Origin: Octopus vulgaris
Lineage: Eukaryota
DNA: 64,000 nucleotides
Reading direction: 5' to 3'
Assembly (NCBI GenBank): GCA_951406725.2
Contig: OX597821.1
Location: forward strand, 83,266,001 to 83,330,000
Positions 12,348-26,508 of the stretch are shown here, piece after piece. The translations under genes were made by a program, and so were the position numbers. Below the pieces are notes generated by a model. The model had not been told where the DNA came from. It saw only the letters and a list, made by a program, of their open reading frames with translations, and made no database searches. Within the stretch, counting starts at the first letter, position 1; each line of letters opens with the position of its first letter.

Positions 12348-13022
12348 CGTGTGTATGTGTTTTTGTGTCTCTGCCCCACACACTGCTTGACAACCGCTGT
12401 TGGTGTGCTTATGTCCCCATACATTAGCGGTTCGGCATAAGAGACTGATGGAATGAGTACTAGGCTTTAAAAAAAATGAGTACTGGGGTCGATCTTTTCG
12501 CCTAAAATTCTTCAAGGCGTTGCCCCATCATGGCCGCTGTCTAATGACTGAAACAAGGAAAGGATAAAAGATAAAAGATTATAAGCAGTGATATGAGAGA
12601 GATTTGGCTGTTTTTTCTAGCAGCTGCTCGGGCAACCACAAAGAATCTTGAGATGCCGCGTGGTGTCCGTAGCGGTATTGATTGATGGGTCAAAGGTTCG
12701 GTGATTGTCCGTCGTTTCAGCAGCAGAGGAAGACAAACAACCACGACTTGCCCAGACTTGTTCCTCTCTCCATTAAGCAACATAACAACAACAAAATCTA
12801 CTCGAGGCAGAACAAACATAAAAAAAAGGGAAAAACTGTGCTGTTTACGGACGTCACGCTTCGCTGCTTAACGAACTTCACTCTGTCGGTTATTTTCCTT
12901 TACACACACACGCACGCACACATAAACACACACACACAAACGTACACACACACACACACGCACGCACGCACACGCACAAACACACACACACACAAACACA
13001 AACACACACACACAAACACGCA

Positions 13023-13100
<78 letters not shown>

Positions 13101-13398
13101 AGTGTGCGTAAAAGAAAAATCACACGAAAGGCAACAGCACATAGCGTCGGTGTGAGCGTGCGCGCGCGAGTGTATAAGTATTTTACAAGTTTGACTTCCG
13201 AGCAGTCGATCCAAGTTCGATTCCTGACTGATGCGAGCGTTAACTTTTACGTTATGTGCAGTTCAGGAGTAGTGCGGTAAGATCCTGCTTGCTTTCCAAC
13301 AACATGGTTCTGGATTCAGTCCCTCTGAGTTTGGTATGCGGTAGACGCAACCTTCAGCAAACTGATTCATTGGATCCACGCAATCTCTATTTCACCGA

Positions 13399-13631
13399 AG
13401 GCGGTGAGCTGGCAGAACTGTTTGCACGCCGGGCGAAATGCTGGACGGTATTTCGTCTGCCGCTACGTTCTGAGTTCAAATTCCGCCGAGGTCGACTTTG
13501 CATTTCATTCCTTCGGGGTCGATTAAATAAGTACCAGTTACGCACTGGGGTCGATGTAATCGACTTAATACCTATGTCTGTCCTTGTTTGTCCCCTCTGT
13601 GTTTAGCCCCTTGTGGGTAATAAAGAAATAG
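13399..13631 (+). mobile_element. Full-length SINE family B with L1-like tail
   Basis: ggcggtgagctggcagaa...ccccttgtgggtaataaagaaata. Confidence 0.85.
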
Positions 13632-13671
13632 GTTGTCAATCGATGTTGGGAAGACAAACACAGACACACAA

Positions 13672-13746
<75 letters not shown>

Positions 13747-13918
13747 CATATATACGACGGGCTTCTTTCAGTTTCCGTCTACCAAATCCACTCATAAGCC
13801 TTTGGTCGGCCCGAGGCTATAGTAGAAGACACTTGTCCAAGGTGCCACGTAGTGGGACAGAATCCGGAACCATGTGGTTGGTAAGCAAGCTACTTACCAC
13901 ACAGCCACTCCTACGCCT
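13632..13918 (-). mobile_element. SINE family A (5' part)
   Basis: Reverse complement of the family A head. Confidence 0.8.
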
Positions 13919-15483
13919 ACGTATTAATCTTTTTTTAAAAAAACTTTGTACTTATTCTATCGGTCCGCCGAACTGCTAGGTTAAGAGGATGTAAACACAC
14001 CAACATCGGGGTCACACAGCCAACATCAGGGTCAACCTTATTTAACATCACCAACTGGTCCTTGAGTGCATTTAGTGAAATCCCTCTTTTGTCTGCGTTC
14101 GGGTCGGGTCTTCGGTCTGTGAATGCCTTCCTCCCACCCACCCTCACCCCCAGTCGTAGAGGCCTTGAAAAGGACCGTGGAACAGTGGTCGTATCTCTTG
14201 ACAAAGCAATATAACAGAATGCACACGTACCAACACGTATGCTGATGTAACGCGTGTGTAGATTAATACATACGTGGACGGACACACAGAAACACGTTCC
14301 ACCAAGACAAATTTAATACAACTGAAACAGTTGTGTTAAGATCTCTAAATAGATCAACTCACAAGTAAGATGTACTTATATACATAATTATATAACTGTG
14401 TACATAGTCTTTGAACTGCTATCATCCACCTCACTAGATACAAAGACAAACACCGACGCCGCCGCCGCCATCAATTGCAACAGCAGTCAGAAGAAACACA
14501 CAGATCAATGAAAGAGGCTCTTTACGTGGTTGTTGACCTGCTAGAAATAGCAGTCAATTCTGACCGTCTTTATTTTTAGCTTAAGTATATTCTGTTATTT
14601 GAATAATTATAATAATTACAATCTGTTATTTGTTACCTTATGCTTGTTTCACTCATTGGACTGCGGCCATGCTGGAGAACCGCCTTGTCAAACAAATCGT
14701 CGCTAGTGCTTTTTTCTTTCTTTTATTACTATAATTTTTTTTATTACGCCACGTGTATTTTGCCGAACCGCTAGTTTATAGGGACGTAAATAAACCAACA
14801 CCAGTTGTCAAGCAATGGTGGTGGGGACAGACTCAAATGCAATAACACCACACACACACACACACACACACATTATATATTTTACTCGTTTCATACTGCG
14901 ACCATACCGGGGCACTGCCTTGAAGAATTTTATCGTCGAATGAATCGACCCGAGTACTTATTTTTGTTCAGCCTGGTTCGTATTCTATCAGTCTCTTTTA
15001 CTGAACCGTTAGGTTACAGGGACATAAACACACCAACGCCGGTTGTCAAGCGGTAGTGGGGGCAGCAAACACAGGCATAAAGAGACACAGACATGCACAT
15101 TAGGCGCGATCGCAAGAAATTTTCGAAGGAAGGGCACAAGGTCAGAAGGGAATACAATTCCTGAAAAAAAGGACTAATAACATTATTTAGAAAGGCGCAC
15201 TTCTTTTCTTGAGGGGACACGTGCCTCTCAGTCACCCCCTTGGGTCCTCCCCAGTACATATACATATATACATGTACGATGGGCTTCTTTCAGTTTCCAT
15301 CAAACAGATATATTGAGAAGGCTTTGGTCGGCCCGGGACTATGGTAGATGACACTTGCCCAAGGTATGACGCAATGTGACTAAACTTGAAACCATGTGAC
15401 TGAGAAATGAACTTCTTACCACACGAACAATAACAGTAAAAAAACATCAACATAAAAAGAAGGTATATAGATAACATAAAAGG

Positions 15484-15634
15484 CGTAGGAGTGGCTGTGT
15501 GGTAAGTAGCTTGCTTACCAACCACATGATTCTGGGTTCAGTCCCACTGCGTGGCACCTTGGGCCGACCAAAGCCTTGTGAGTGGATTTGGTAGAAGGAA
15601 ACTGAAAGAAGCCCGTCGTATATATGTTTGTGTG

Positions 15635-15694
<60 letters not shown>

Positions 15695-15915
15695 TGTATG
15701 TTTATGTGTCTGTGTTTGTTCCCCCAACATCGTTTGACAACCGATGCTGCTGTGTTTACGTCCCCGTAACTTAGCGGTTTGGCAAAAGACCGATAGAGTA
15801 AGTACTAGGCTTACAAAGAATAAGTCCTGGGGGTCGATTTGCCCGACTAAAGGCGGTGCTCCAGCATAGCCACGGTCAAATGACTGAAACAAGTAAAAGA
15901 GTAAACGAGTAAAAG
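15484..15915 (+). mobile_element. SINE family A
   Basis: Near full-length match to 7527 and 30718 copies. Confidence 0.85.
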
Positions 15916-16191
15916 TGTATGCTCTTCAATATCCTCCCGAAGAACCTAAGAGACCTGCATGGGGTGGATGCAGATGTCTTTAAAATAAAACTGGATCTCT
16001 TCTTGTCAGGTGTCCCAGATGAACCAACTTCACGGCAGGAGGTGCAGATGAGGGCAGCTGCTTCGAACTCTCTCATGCACCAAATGGCAATTGCTAAAAA
16101 GCATTCGTTAAGTAAAATCATGTAGTAACACCAAATGGCGGTGCCCCAGCATGACCACAGCTTGTGAGCTGAAACTAGATAAAAAAAAAAA
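15916..16191 (+). mobile_element. CR1-clade LINE 3' end
   Basis: LFNILPKNLRDLHGVDADVFKIKLDLFLSGVPDEP...RAAASNSL, then a short UTR and A-tail. Confidence 0.8.
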
Positions 16192-16571
16192 TTCTAAGTA
16201 TGCATAACTGCAGAGAATGATATTTATCTCTAAAAATATTTCGTGCAATCCTCCAAAAACTCATTCTATTACGGCAGGTGATTTCGTGGCTGTGACGCGT
16301 GGATTATATAGTTCGGAGTATAGTTGATGGGAAGAGTCCGGTCAAAGCTACACGAGGGCGACCGGGACAATGCAACCCGGGCGATGCATTTATCGGGGAG
16401 GCACTTTAGGGTCTGCTGTATATGCTTGTATACGCTCTGGATTGGGGCGCAAGGGGTAGTGCGGCAAACTGAAGCGCGGCCCACACTCTAGTCACGTCAC
16501 TGGGGAAGAGTATGGTTGAAATGGACAGGGTGGCTTAAGTGTCCTTAGACATGGCTTGAATGCTCTTAAAT

Positions 16572-16991
16572 CAGGGCCGTATTAAGGCCCATAGAGGCCC
16601 TAGGTACTTAAAAGATTTTGGCGTCCCCATATGCATGTAATTCGAAATATGAACAATAATAAACCATAAAATAAATATTTATATTTGAAAATGAAACGAA
16701 ACTAATAGTAAAATGGAAAATAATGTTTGTTTTTGTATACTCCCACTTTATTTATACTTCTCCTACTTTTTTTTTTTTTTAGTTGCAAAGTCTTTGATCA
16801 GATCCTCATCATGAACCCATGAACACTCGAAATTTTATTTCAGATCATATAAATCAATTTGAATATTATTTTAGTAATTTTTAAGTGATTTCTTTTGTAC
16901 CGTAAACCATTTACAGTTTCTGTGGTGCCCTCTCCCTTCCCTCGGTGCTCTAAGCACGTTCTTGTTTTGCTTAATGGTCAGTTCAGCACTG
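16572..16991. mobile_element. hAT-type MITE
   Basis: Ends cagggccgtattaa / ttaatggtcagttcagcactg; 8-bp TSD tcttaaat / tcttaact. Confidence 0.65.
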
Positions 16992-17747
16992 TCTTAACTT
17001 TATAGATCTTATCGATTAAGGTTGAACATGGACTAAACATCAACAACCTCTCTGGTTTTGGTTTATGAGCTCTGACACGCGCTCTGCAGCGTGACCTTTA
17101 ATAAAAAAGAAATAGACGCAGAAAAATCACAAAGAAAGAAGTTACAACACACGCACGCACACATACACACACACACGTACACACACGCGCACACACACGC
17201 ACTCACGCACTCGCACACACACACTCGCGCACACACTCACTCACACACACACTCACTCACACGCGCATGCATACGCACACACACACTCACACACACGCAC
17301 ACATACACACACATGCATACACACACACGCACACGTGCACACACACATTCACACACACTCTCAATCATACACGCACGCACACATACACACACACACACAC
17401 TCACACACTCACACACACTCACGTACGCGCACACACATTCACACACTCACAAACACATACACACACACACACACAGCACACAACTGAAACGCTTCATCAA
17501 ATAAATCATTTTTATTGAATAAAACGTGATTTTTGTTTTTCTCATACATTTTGTTCCATTACATAACTTGTGTTATTGTAAACAAGTACAAGGCATGTAT
17601 TGTAAGTTAACAAAAGACTTAATATTACTTGTGTAATTTCCTTTAACAATTACTTATAGTATTAAAATGAAATTATATTTTTTTCATGTGAATTTATATA
17701 TATCAGATAGAATTCGGCCTGTAAGTGGCCTGTGCACACACACACAC

Positions 17748-17830
<83 letters not shown>

Positions 17831-18049
17831 AGAAAGCCTCGGATCTTTTCTGTTTCGCTCTCAATTTTCAATTCATCTAATTTTGTTCCAGTTGTTTTCG
17901 AATTTGGTGTATTGATGTTGATTTGTACGCTAATTATGAAAATGAAATTCATTTTTGCCATGAATTGATAGCTTTTAAAGCCTGAAAATTTTAGCCAATT
18001 GAAAGCCACAGACATTGGTACCGATTTCCATGGTTACAACCCAAACCCA

Positions 18050-18620
18050 AGGTACAGTTTGTTCTTAGGATTGTACTGCTTTTCCTTCATTTATGGGTTA
18101 AGGGACTAACTTCAGCGCGGTTTTGTGTTGAAGAACTGGGGATGGGCCACTGCACAGCCGTTGATTACGAGAGCTATGTTCATGAAATATGTGAAGAGGA
18201 CCTGCTCCACAACCCAGTTCAGAGTGGCGGTCCTGGGAAGATTGTTGAGACGGCGGAAACAGTCTTCTCAAGACGTAAACACAACCAAGTGAGTTTTCGG
18301 AGGAGTATGTCGCGAGACCAAACATGTTTTTCTTTATGCGCTGCCATGTTGGAATCGCAACACACTGGAGGAATGCATACGTCAGTCGGTTCTTCCAGAA
18401 ACCACAATTTCCAGTGACTTGTGGAGAGCCTATTCTCACATTCTAGAAACTGGTGGTTATAATTTTCCACATAACAGTGAACTACAGTGTTGATTTTATT
18501 AATTCGAAAGATGGTACCCACACGTAACAAGTGGCAAGCGCATGGGTCTGAGTAAAAGGAAGAAATAAACGACACTGTGGGACCCACCGTTCGTATCTCT
18601 GCGAGTTTATGTGGCGCAGG
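18050..18620 (+). mobile_element. Merlin (IS1595/ISXO2-like) transposase relic
   Basis: SGGPGKIVETAETVFSRRKHNQ (cf. IGGPGKIVEIDE..RKYN) and HITVNYSVDFINSKDGTHT*QVASAW (cf. H.TVNHS..F.....G.HT..IE..W). Confidence 0.8.
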
Positions 18621-19291
18621 AGATACGAAAACTATAATTTGTTTGACAAGCTTTTAATGAGCATCTAAAACTTTCGCTTTTTGAATCTTTGCTACAAAAA
18701 ACGTATTGTTTACATGAAGCAAGCTAGAGTTCTTTTTGTTTGTAAATTCAACATTCAGTTTGTTTGTCTTTGTAATTTTTCGCAAAAACAAATTCATTGA
18801 GGGTTTTTCCTTTGTATATTGTTTAACTGCCTGTTCCAACATTTCACACGACTTCATTCTTTGAAACTTATTAAAACTTCCGTTGTCGTGATGTTTTGTC
18901 TAATGTCGTCATAGACAGGCATCACGCACAAAATCCCTGTTTCCAAATCCTTCTTTCTAATTGGATAAAAAATCACCAAATTTTAAACCTCTCTCTGAGG
19001 TTTATTTCAGTCATTGAACTGTGGCCTTGCTGGGGCACGGCCTTCAACGGTTTAGCCAAACCAATCGATCCTAGCGCGCATGTTTTTTTTTAAAGTCTGG
19101 TACTTATTCTAACGGTGTCTTTTGCTGAAAGTGCTAGTTACTAGGACGTAAACAAAGCAACACCAGTTGTCAAGCAGTGGGTTGACATGCACAAACACAA
19201 AGAGACACATACATACACATACATACGCACACACACATACACACATATATGTGTAAGGAGCCCGTCAAGAATATTATACTTACATACATGC

Positions 19292-19299
<8 letters not shown>

Positions 19300-19384
<85 letters not shown>

Positions 19385-19385
19385 C

Positions 19386-19452
<67 letters not shown>

Positions 19453-19478
19453 TAGCAGTATCAGCCTCGTGATCATGC

Positions 19479-19569
<91 letters not shown>

Positions 19570-19579
19570 ACATATATAC

Positions 19580-19647
<68 letters not shown>
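19300..19647. repeat. (TA)n microsatellite tracts
   Basis: Direct inspection; contains a stray ctagcagtatc Helitron-end remnant near 19452. Confidence 0.95.
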
Positions 19648-19648
<1 letters not shown>

Positions 19649-19895
19649 TAGCAGTATCGCCCGGCGTTGCTCGGGTTTGTAAGGGAAATAACTATATAAG
19701 CATTTTTAGAGAGTTACTTCCTTTATAGATGCCAATTCGGGCTTTCTTAGCCATTTCTGTTTTGGTGTCTTCAAGCCATGAAGTCGTTGTTCTAAAAGAA
19801 CGCTGGTCTCCTTGCAACATACATACATATATATATATATATATAATATATATATAATATAATATATATATATATTAATATATATATATACATAC

Positions 19896-19955
<60 letters not shown>

Positions 19956-20320
19956 CTACAACGCATTACGACGTTGATTTCCTTAAACTCCCTTCCGCAT
20001 TACACATCGCTTCCCCCACACGAGGGAGGGAAGAAGGGGGAGAAGCAAACACAGGTGCAGGTGTTTGAGCGTGGATGCCAACTCCGCCGCCATCGACACA
20101 CGAAAAATTATGCATTAAAATGGAATAAAAAATGATGTTAAATTATTTTTTAAATCGTAGACTCATCGTAGACGCGCGCTAATAGCTAGACGGGCTTGAT
20201 ATTAATCACGACTATAAGATACCCGAATTTGGTTAAACTGCACCGCAAAATGTGGGAGGAGTTAGGAATCTAAATCGTAGGAGACAGACACTCACACAAC
20301 TACAGTTTTATATATATAGA
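19648..20320 (-). mobile_element. Non-autonomous Helitron, copy 1
   Basis: Minus strand A|TC...cccgagcaacgccgggcgatactgCTAG|T; no TSD; ends shared with 42698 and 44026. Confidence 0.8.
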
Positions 20321-20849
20321 TATATATGTATGTATGTATGTATGTATAATATTCTTTCTTTTGCTACAGCCATTTCACTGCGGCCATGCTGAAGCACTGC
20401 TTTGTAGGTTTTTAACCGAACAAATCGACCCCAAGGCTTATTTTAAAGCTTAGTACTTGTCCTATCGGTCTCTTTTGCCAAACCGCTAAGTTACGGCAAC
20501 GTTAACACACCAACACCGGTTGTCAAGCGGTGAAGGGGAGGGACAAACACAAATATGCACACACACACACAGAGGCTTCTTTCAGTTTCCGTTTACCAAA
20601 TCCCCTCGCAAGGCTTTGGTCGGTCTGAGGCTATAGTAGAAGATACTTGACGGGTTCCTTACAGTTTCCTTTTGTCAAATTTACTCATAAGGCAATGATT
20701 AGTCTGGGCCTATAGCAGACACATCCCCAAGGTACTGTGCCGTGGAACCGAAACCGAAAGCATGTAGTTGCAAAGCGAGCTTCTTAACCACAAAGCCTGG
20801 CAGATTTCCACTTTGCATTTGTCAACCCAACCCCCACTCACAAAGTACT

Positions 20850-21078
20850 TATTTCTTTACTACCCTCAAGGGGTAGTAAAGAGGGGACAAACAAGGACAG
20901 ACAAACGGATTAAGTCGATTACATCGACCCCAGTGCGTTACTGGTACTTAATTTATCGACCCCGAAAGGATGAAAGGCAAAGTCGACCTCGGCGGAATTT
21001 GAACTCAGAACGTAACGGCAGACGAAATACAGCTACGCATTTCGCCCGGCGTGCTAACGTTTCTGCCAGCTCGCCGCC
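20850..21078 (-). mobile_element. Full-length SINE family B
   Basis: Reverse complement of the 13399-13631 type. Confidence 0.85.
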
Positions 21079-22199
21079 TTGTACTGGTCGGATCGAAGCC
21101 AATATAGAAAATGACGAAATAATCTTCTTAACAGCAGAGCTTTGCCTGCGCCTGGCTTCGAATGTCTTTGAACCCTACAAACTAAAGAATTTCCTCTTTT
21201 GTTTTTCGTTGAAATTTAATCCCGGTTAATACCGCTGCCCCATTAATCGTAGCCATTTAACTTGACCACATGCTGACCAGCCTAATGTTTTGAAACTAGA
21301 AAACAAGCTGGTCAACCAGTAGAAAAAACCTGTAAACTTTGACTTGTATTCATGTTTAATACTCTAATGTAGTGTTTATTTATTTGTTACTATTTCAGCC
21401 TTATTGTTTCTAAGGCTAAAGGGGGTTGAAGCGGTGTCATATTGACCAGCTGCTAAGGTCATCATATTTTGTTTTATATATTCTTTGTTGTTGGTGGGTG
21501 GGTGTGTGTTTTGGAGTTGTATTGTGCCTTTGTGTTCGTGTCTTTGTGAGTGTGTATGTATATCCATGTTTTTAAGTGACTGTGTGTGTATGCGTGTGTG
21601 CATGTGTGTGTGTATGTATGTATGTGTGTGTGTGTTCGTTTGTTTCTGAGTGAGTGATTGCGTGTCTTTGTGTATGTGTGTCTATTTGTTTGTAAGTGAC
21701 TGAGTGATTGTGTGTGTGTGTGTGTGTGTATGTGTGCGTGAGGGTTTCTGAGTGAGTGTGTGTGTGTGTGTGCGTGCGCCTATGTGTTTCAGTATGAGGG
21801 ACTCTGTATGTGTGTGTGTGTTTATATACGGGCTTGAATGCATGTGTGTATGTACTTATCAGAGTCAGTACCAGTCTCAGTGAATGTGTGTGTGTGTTTG
21901 CATGTGCAGGTGTGTCTCAGGATGTGGACTTGGCTATGTCAGGAAGCATGAGTATGCGTTTATACGTGCGTTTAGTATCTGTGTGTGTGTGTGTGATGGC
22001 ATGTGTGTTTGTGTACTTAAGTGGACACTGAGTTTGTGGCGGCCCGCCCTTCCACATGGAATGTAAAGTAGCTTCGTGAATCACTAGCTGAGAAGAAATC
22101 ATCATTTATATTCAATAAAAAATCAAATATGAAAAATGTCCCAACTGGGGACCTGTTTGCTAGGAGCTAGGACCATTCTGGTGACCCACAAACTCTAGT

Positions 22200-22790
22200 T
22201 CTTGGTGATTATCGAGTGTAAATGCCTTTCCTCCATAGCCAGGGACTAGAACAAGGAAAGACTGCAACAAGGCCATTCGCCTATGTCAAACTTGCTACCC
22301 TCCTCCAAGTTTTAGTAAATTTACTTGAGGGCAGAACTTCCTTCTTTACCCCAAACGCCCTCTACAAGTTGCACTTTCAATCCTTCCAATGTTGTGCACA
22401 ATACTACCACAACCTCTACGGCAGACCGAGGAAAACTGCCTGTTCTTCCTTGTCGAAAGAAGAAAACGCGGGGCATTTTTCACAATGAATTCGCGTGACA
22501 ATCAGATCCATTCTATATGTGATCGCAACTGTTCAGAGGTGAGCAATGTTCGACACTGAACGAGTGAGTGGAGAACGGCTTTGATGTTCTGTACGAATTT
22601 CAGATATGAAAAACTAATGGTACTGCTGTGACTATAGAGTTTATCTCGATTCAGCAATATTCACTACCTCCAATAGTATTTGCCAACCAAAGTTCTTTCG
22701 GAAGTTGCCCATAATCCTTAACCTGAAAGTTTTTCGGAAAAATCTTCTGGGAACTTTCATCAATACCATGTGCATTCCAGAACATACCTC
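22200..22790 (-). mobile_element. L1/Tx1-clade ORF2 C-terminal relic
   Basis: Degenerate homology to the 50225-50698 peptide (RDKLY, FRKTF...NF.K...WQ, VLHSLVQC). Confidence 0.6.
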
Positions 22791-24059
22791 CCATTAACCC
22801 TAAAATACAAGGGTCTTGAAGCCAAAGTGGTAAATGGTCGCGAGCACCAGACAACAAATTAGGTCTGAGGCGCTTAATTTTGGATTATGCTTGAGCGTAA
22901 GTCAATGAGAAAAACCAGCGGTGAAAAAAATGCATTTTACAAACGGCAACATCGTTTGCTCACCCCCAAGGGATTAATGCAGGTGACGCAATTCCACTGC
23001 ATGCTGCCACATTATTGGCCATGGTATCCCAAGACTCCAATTTGTTGGCTGTTGGTGGTAAATAAACATTCTGAGTTGCGGTGCAGGTTGTGGAACAAGT
23101 CGCAACAGTCAATTTCTTTATTAACCATGAGGTTGAGAAAACGAGGGGACGATACGAAGACAGACAAAACAAACATTGGGGTCAGGGTATGGAATGAGAC
23201 GATGAGAAGCGGAGGACGCGGTCGACCCCACAAACCAGACTCACCCTGAAGACTTTGCTTTCTCCTTTCGCAACAGTCAGCGGGTTATTGGAAGCGAAAG
23301 TGATGAAAGTAGTCGTCACACTTGTTTTTTTTTTCTTGTTTTTTTTTTTTCGCGGATATCTTCGCTTTAGTTTCTTTTTTAACGAGACTCACCACCCTAT
23401 TCGCAAACGTTTTCTATCCGTCTAGGTATCTCGAAGTGAGCAATATAGCATTTTCCACAGAAGTGTTCATATTTTCACCTTCGAAATTGAATTTATTTTG
23501 CCATAAAAAGTGGGGTGGAGGTTTTGTGTTGTTGTTGTTGGTGGTGGTGATGGTGGTGGTGATGGTGGTGGGCTGTGCGTGTCTTTGGAAACACGTTCGT
23601 CTTTACTATTACGTTTTGATGGATGTTTTGTCTTTGATAGCATCCGACTGTTAAGATTGTTTAGGTCTTGACACAGCACTGAAGATAGTACGGGGGACAA
23701 GTGTACACTAATGAACATAGTCTTCAATGATGACCTTCCCAAAGAATGCAACTTCTGTACGGCGATGCAGATTTAACATATCTCCCGAAGAATCATACGT
23801 TTCGGAAAATAATACAATTTCAAAAGAGATAATGTGGTTCCTTTCTGTTTGGCTGCACTTTTTAAAATTTTTAAATTACGTGAAAAATTTCATATCATGT
23901 CAAAAATTAGCATACAAAACTACATCAATACACCAAATTTGAAATGAATTGGAATAAAATTGAAGAAATTGAAAAGTGGCAGCCAAGCAGAAAAACTCCA
24001 ATAATATCTAGTAGTTTTCATCAATATCATTCTCCTCCTCTTCTTCCTTTTCCTCTTAC

Positions 24060-24115
24060 TCGTCATCATCATCACAATCGACGTGGTCGCCAGCGTTATC
24101 ATCATCATCATCGCC

Positions 24116-24157
<42 letters not shown>

Positions 24158-24300
24158 GCCATCATCGCCGCCATCATCATCATCATCGTCATCATCATCA
24201 TCATCATCGCCATCATCATTATCATCACCAGCAGCAGCAAGTAGTTAGTAGTAGTAGTAGTAGTAGTAGTCGCAATGACAACAACAACAACAACAACAGT
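24060..24300. repeat. (CAT/CGC)n, (TAG)n, (CAA)n compound microsatellite
   Basis: Direct inspection. Confidence 0.95.
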
Positions 24301-24757
24301 ATATCGTTATGAACATCAAAAACAGGTCCCACCCAATGCTAATGTTCAATCAATCTTCCGGATTAAGGACGAAGCAACCTTAACGAAAATAGAAGTTTGT
24401 TGAGGTGGGGCCTTGGTACAGCGATGTAGACTGGTGTAGAGTTGAAGTAAGGACAAGTTCCAAGCAATCACTTCCTAAGTCACAAAGTATAACGTGTCGC
24501 AAGCACAGAGATATTTCTGCTGGGTTGTTTGTATACGTGTGTGGTCTGGGATATGATCCCGTTGGTCGGTTCGGCCCTCTTGCACTGGAACACGCATAAC
24601 CAAAATAAGCCCCTAATATTGAATTTCAGAACCAACTCGAAGTATATGCCTTAGTCCCTCTCTAGTTTCTTTCTCTCTTTCTTTCCCTTTAATTGGGTGT
24701 TTGCGTATACATGTGCTTGTATATGTGTGTGTGAGTGTGTGTGGTGTGTGGGTGTGC

Positions 24758-24843
<86 letters not shown>

Positions 24844-25265
24844 TTATACGTGTGAGTACTATTATTCGCTGTCTGCAAGGCCATGAGCTGATAGAACTGT
24901 TAGTTCTTCGGACAAAAATTTCTGGTGACATTTCTTCTGGCCTTTTGCGTTCGAAGTCCAAATTCCGCCGAGGTCGACTTTGCCTCTCATCGTTTCAGAG
25001 TCGATAAAATTAGTTCTAGTTGAACTCAGAGTCGAAATAATTTAATAATATCTCGCTCACACTGAAATTGCTGGCCTTGTGCCAGAGTTCAAAACCGTTA
25101 TTTTGTGTGTGTGTTTGTGCGTGTGTGTGAATGTGTGTATGCAAGTAAGCATGTATGTATGTATATATGCATACTTATGGTCTCTCTTACCCGACCGCTG
25201 ATTCACAGGAGCGTAAACAAACCAACACCTGTTGTCAAGCGGTTTGGGAGCGACAAACACGAAGG

Positions 25266-25304
<39 letters not shown>

Positions 25305-25738
25305 CGGGCTTCCACACAATTTCCATCTACCAAATTCATTCACAAACTCACGAAGCATTTGTCAGCCCGAGGCAATAGTAGAAGATACTTTCTCAAGGTT
25401 CCGCGCAGTGGGACTGAAACCTCGTGGCTGCAAAGCGAGCTTCTTAACCACATAGCCATATCTGCGTCCATGACTCAGAAAGCACGCCCTGCAGAGAGGT
25501 CATTAGACCGCATCTGTGTAGCGTTTTTCTCTGGCTTGAACAGATTGCTTCTGTTAGTGTTCCGTTAACAACCTTCAAACAGTCTGGCTCGGTAGACAGC
25601 CCGTTTAAAGAGGAATAGACTTTGAGTTTTCACGATATATTCAGTTATTATACAACAGTATCAAGACCTTGGTAATCGGCTGTAAAAGGCGAAAATAAAT
25701 TTTGTTTCCATTCTGTTCCATTATTTGTTTCATATCTA

Positions 25739-26271
25739 TTGGGTTGTCCGGAAAGTTCGTGCCGATTTTTAAAGGGAAAGAAAAAGGTCAATGAATACTT
25801 GCCATTACATTGTTAATCAACCAAATATGAACCATTTTGTTGCACAATGCGTCTCCATCGTTCCTTTAACTTGAAAATACCCTCTTCCCAGAATTGAAGT
25901 GGTTTCGTGGCAAAGAATTCATCAAGGTATCTTTTTACGTCATCCAAGGAATTGAAATTTTACCATTAAGACTATTCTGCAGAGACCTGAATAGGTCTTA
26001 TTCAGGTCTTTGGTTGCTTGTGAGGCATTTTCCCCTTTACGGAAAAAGAAAGGCATCAAGTGCCGAAAATGAACTCTCTTATTTCCGTTTTAAAAGGGTT
26101 ACAGAATTAACACAGGTTATAGGAACATAAACCTTCTTCCACGAAAAGATAGCTTAAACTGTGCTCTAAATGGAGGTGTAGTCAAATCCTATTTCATGGA
26201 CTCAACCATGTTCTAAAATAAGTCGAAAGGTAAGCTACTATAAATCGGCACGAACTTTTCGGACAACCCAA
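25739..26271. mobile_element. Non-autonomous mariner element
   Basis: TIRs ttgggttgtccggaaagttcgtgccgattt / aaatcggcacgaacttttcggacaacccaa, flanked by TA. Confidence 0.9.
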
Positions 26272-26289
26272 TATAATCAGTTTATCGTA

Positions 26290-26508
26290 TGAGGGCTTGC
26301 TGAAAAGTTCATGGCTTGAAGGGTGTCGCGAAAGGCCTGGCTGGAGGTCCAACCCTCCGAGTTCTTTTACAGAACTCATGAAAACTGAATGACCTCTGCA
26401 ATAAGTGTGTGAATCTGATAGGGGAATATGTTTAATAAAATCATAATTGACTGATTCTCCTATTTTTTTCTTTTACCGAAAACCAAGAATTTTTCAGCAC
26501 CCGTCTCG
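26290..26508 (+). mobile_element. Mariner-derived MITE
   Basis: TIR-like gctgaaaagttcatggctt / aaccaagaatttttcagc; TA flanks; LCNKCVNLIGEYV mariner C-terminal remnant. Confidence 0.75.

Noticed and set aside
13935-14285. Minus-strand ORFs with KR dibasic sites (neuropeptide-like)
   Set aside because: No signal peptide, repeated peptide or clear splice sites; runs into a SINE
23944-24312. His-rich 122-aa ORF (and similar at 55581-55946)
   Set aside because: (CAT)n microsatellite artefact
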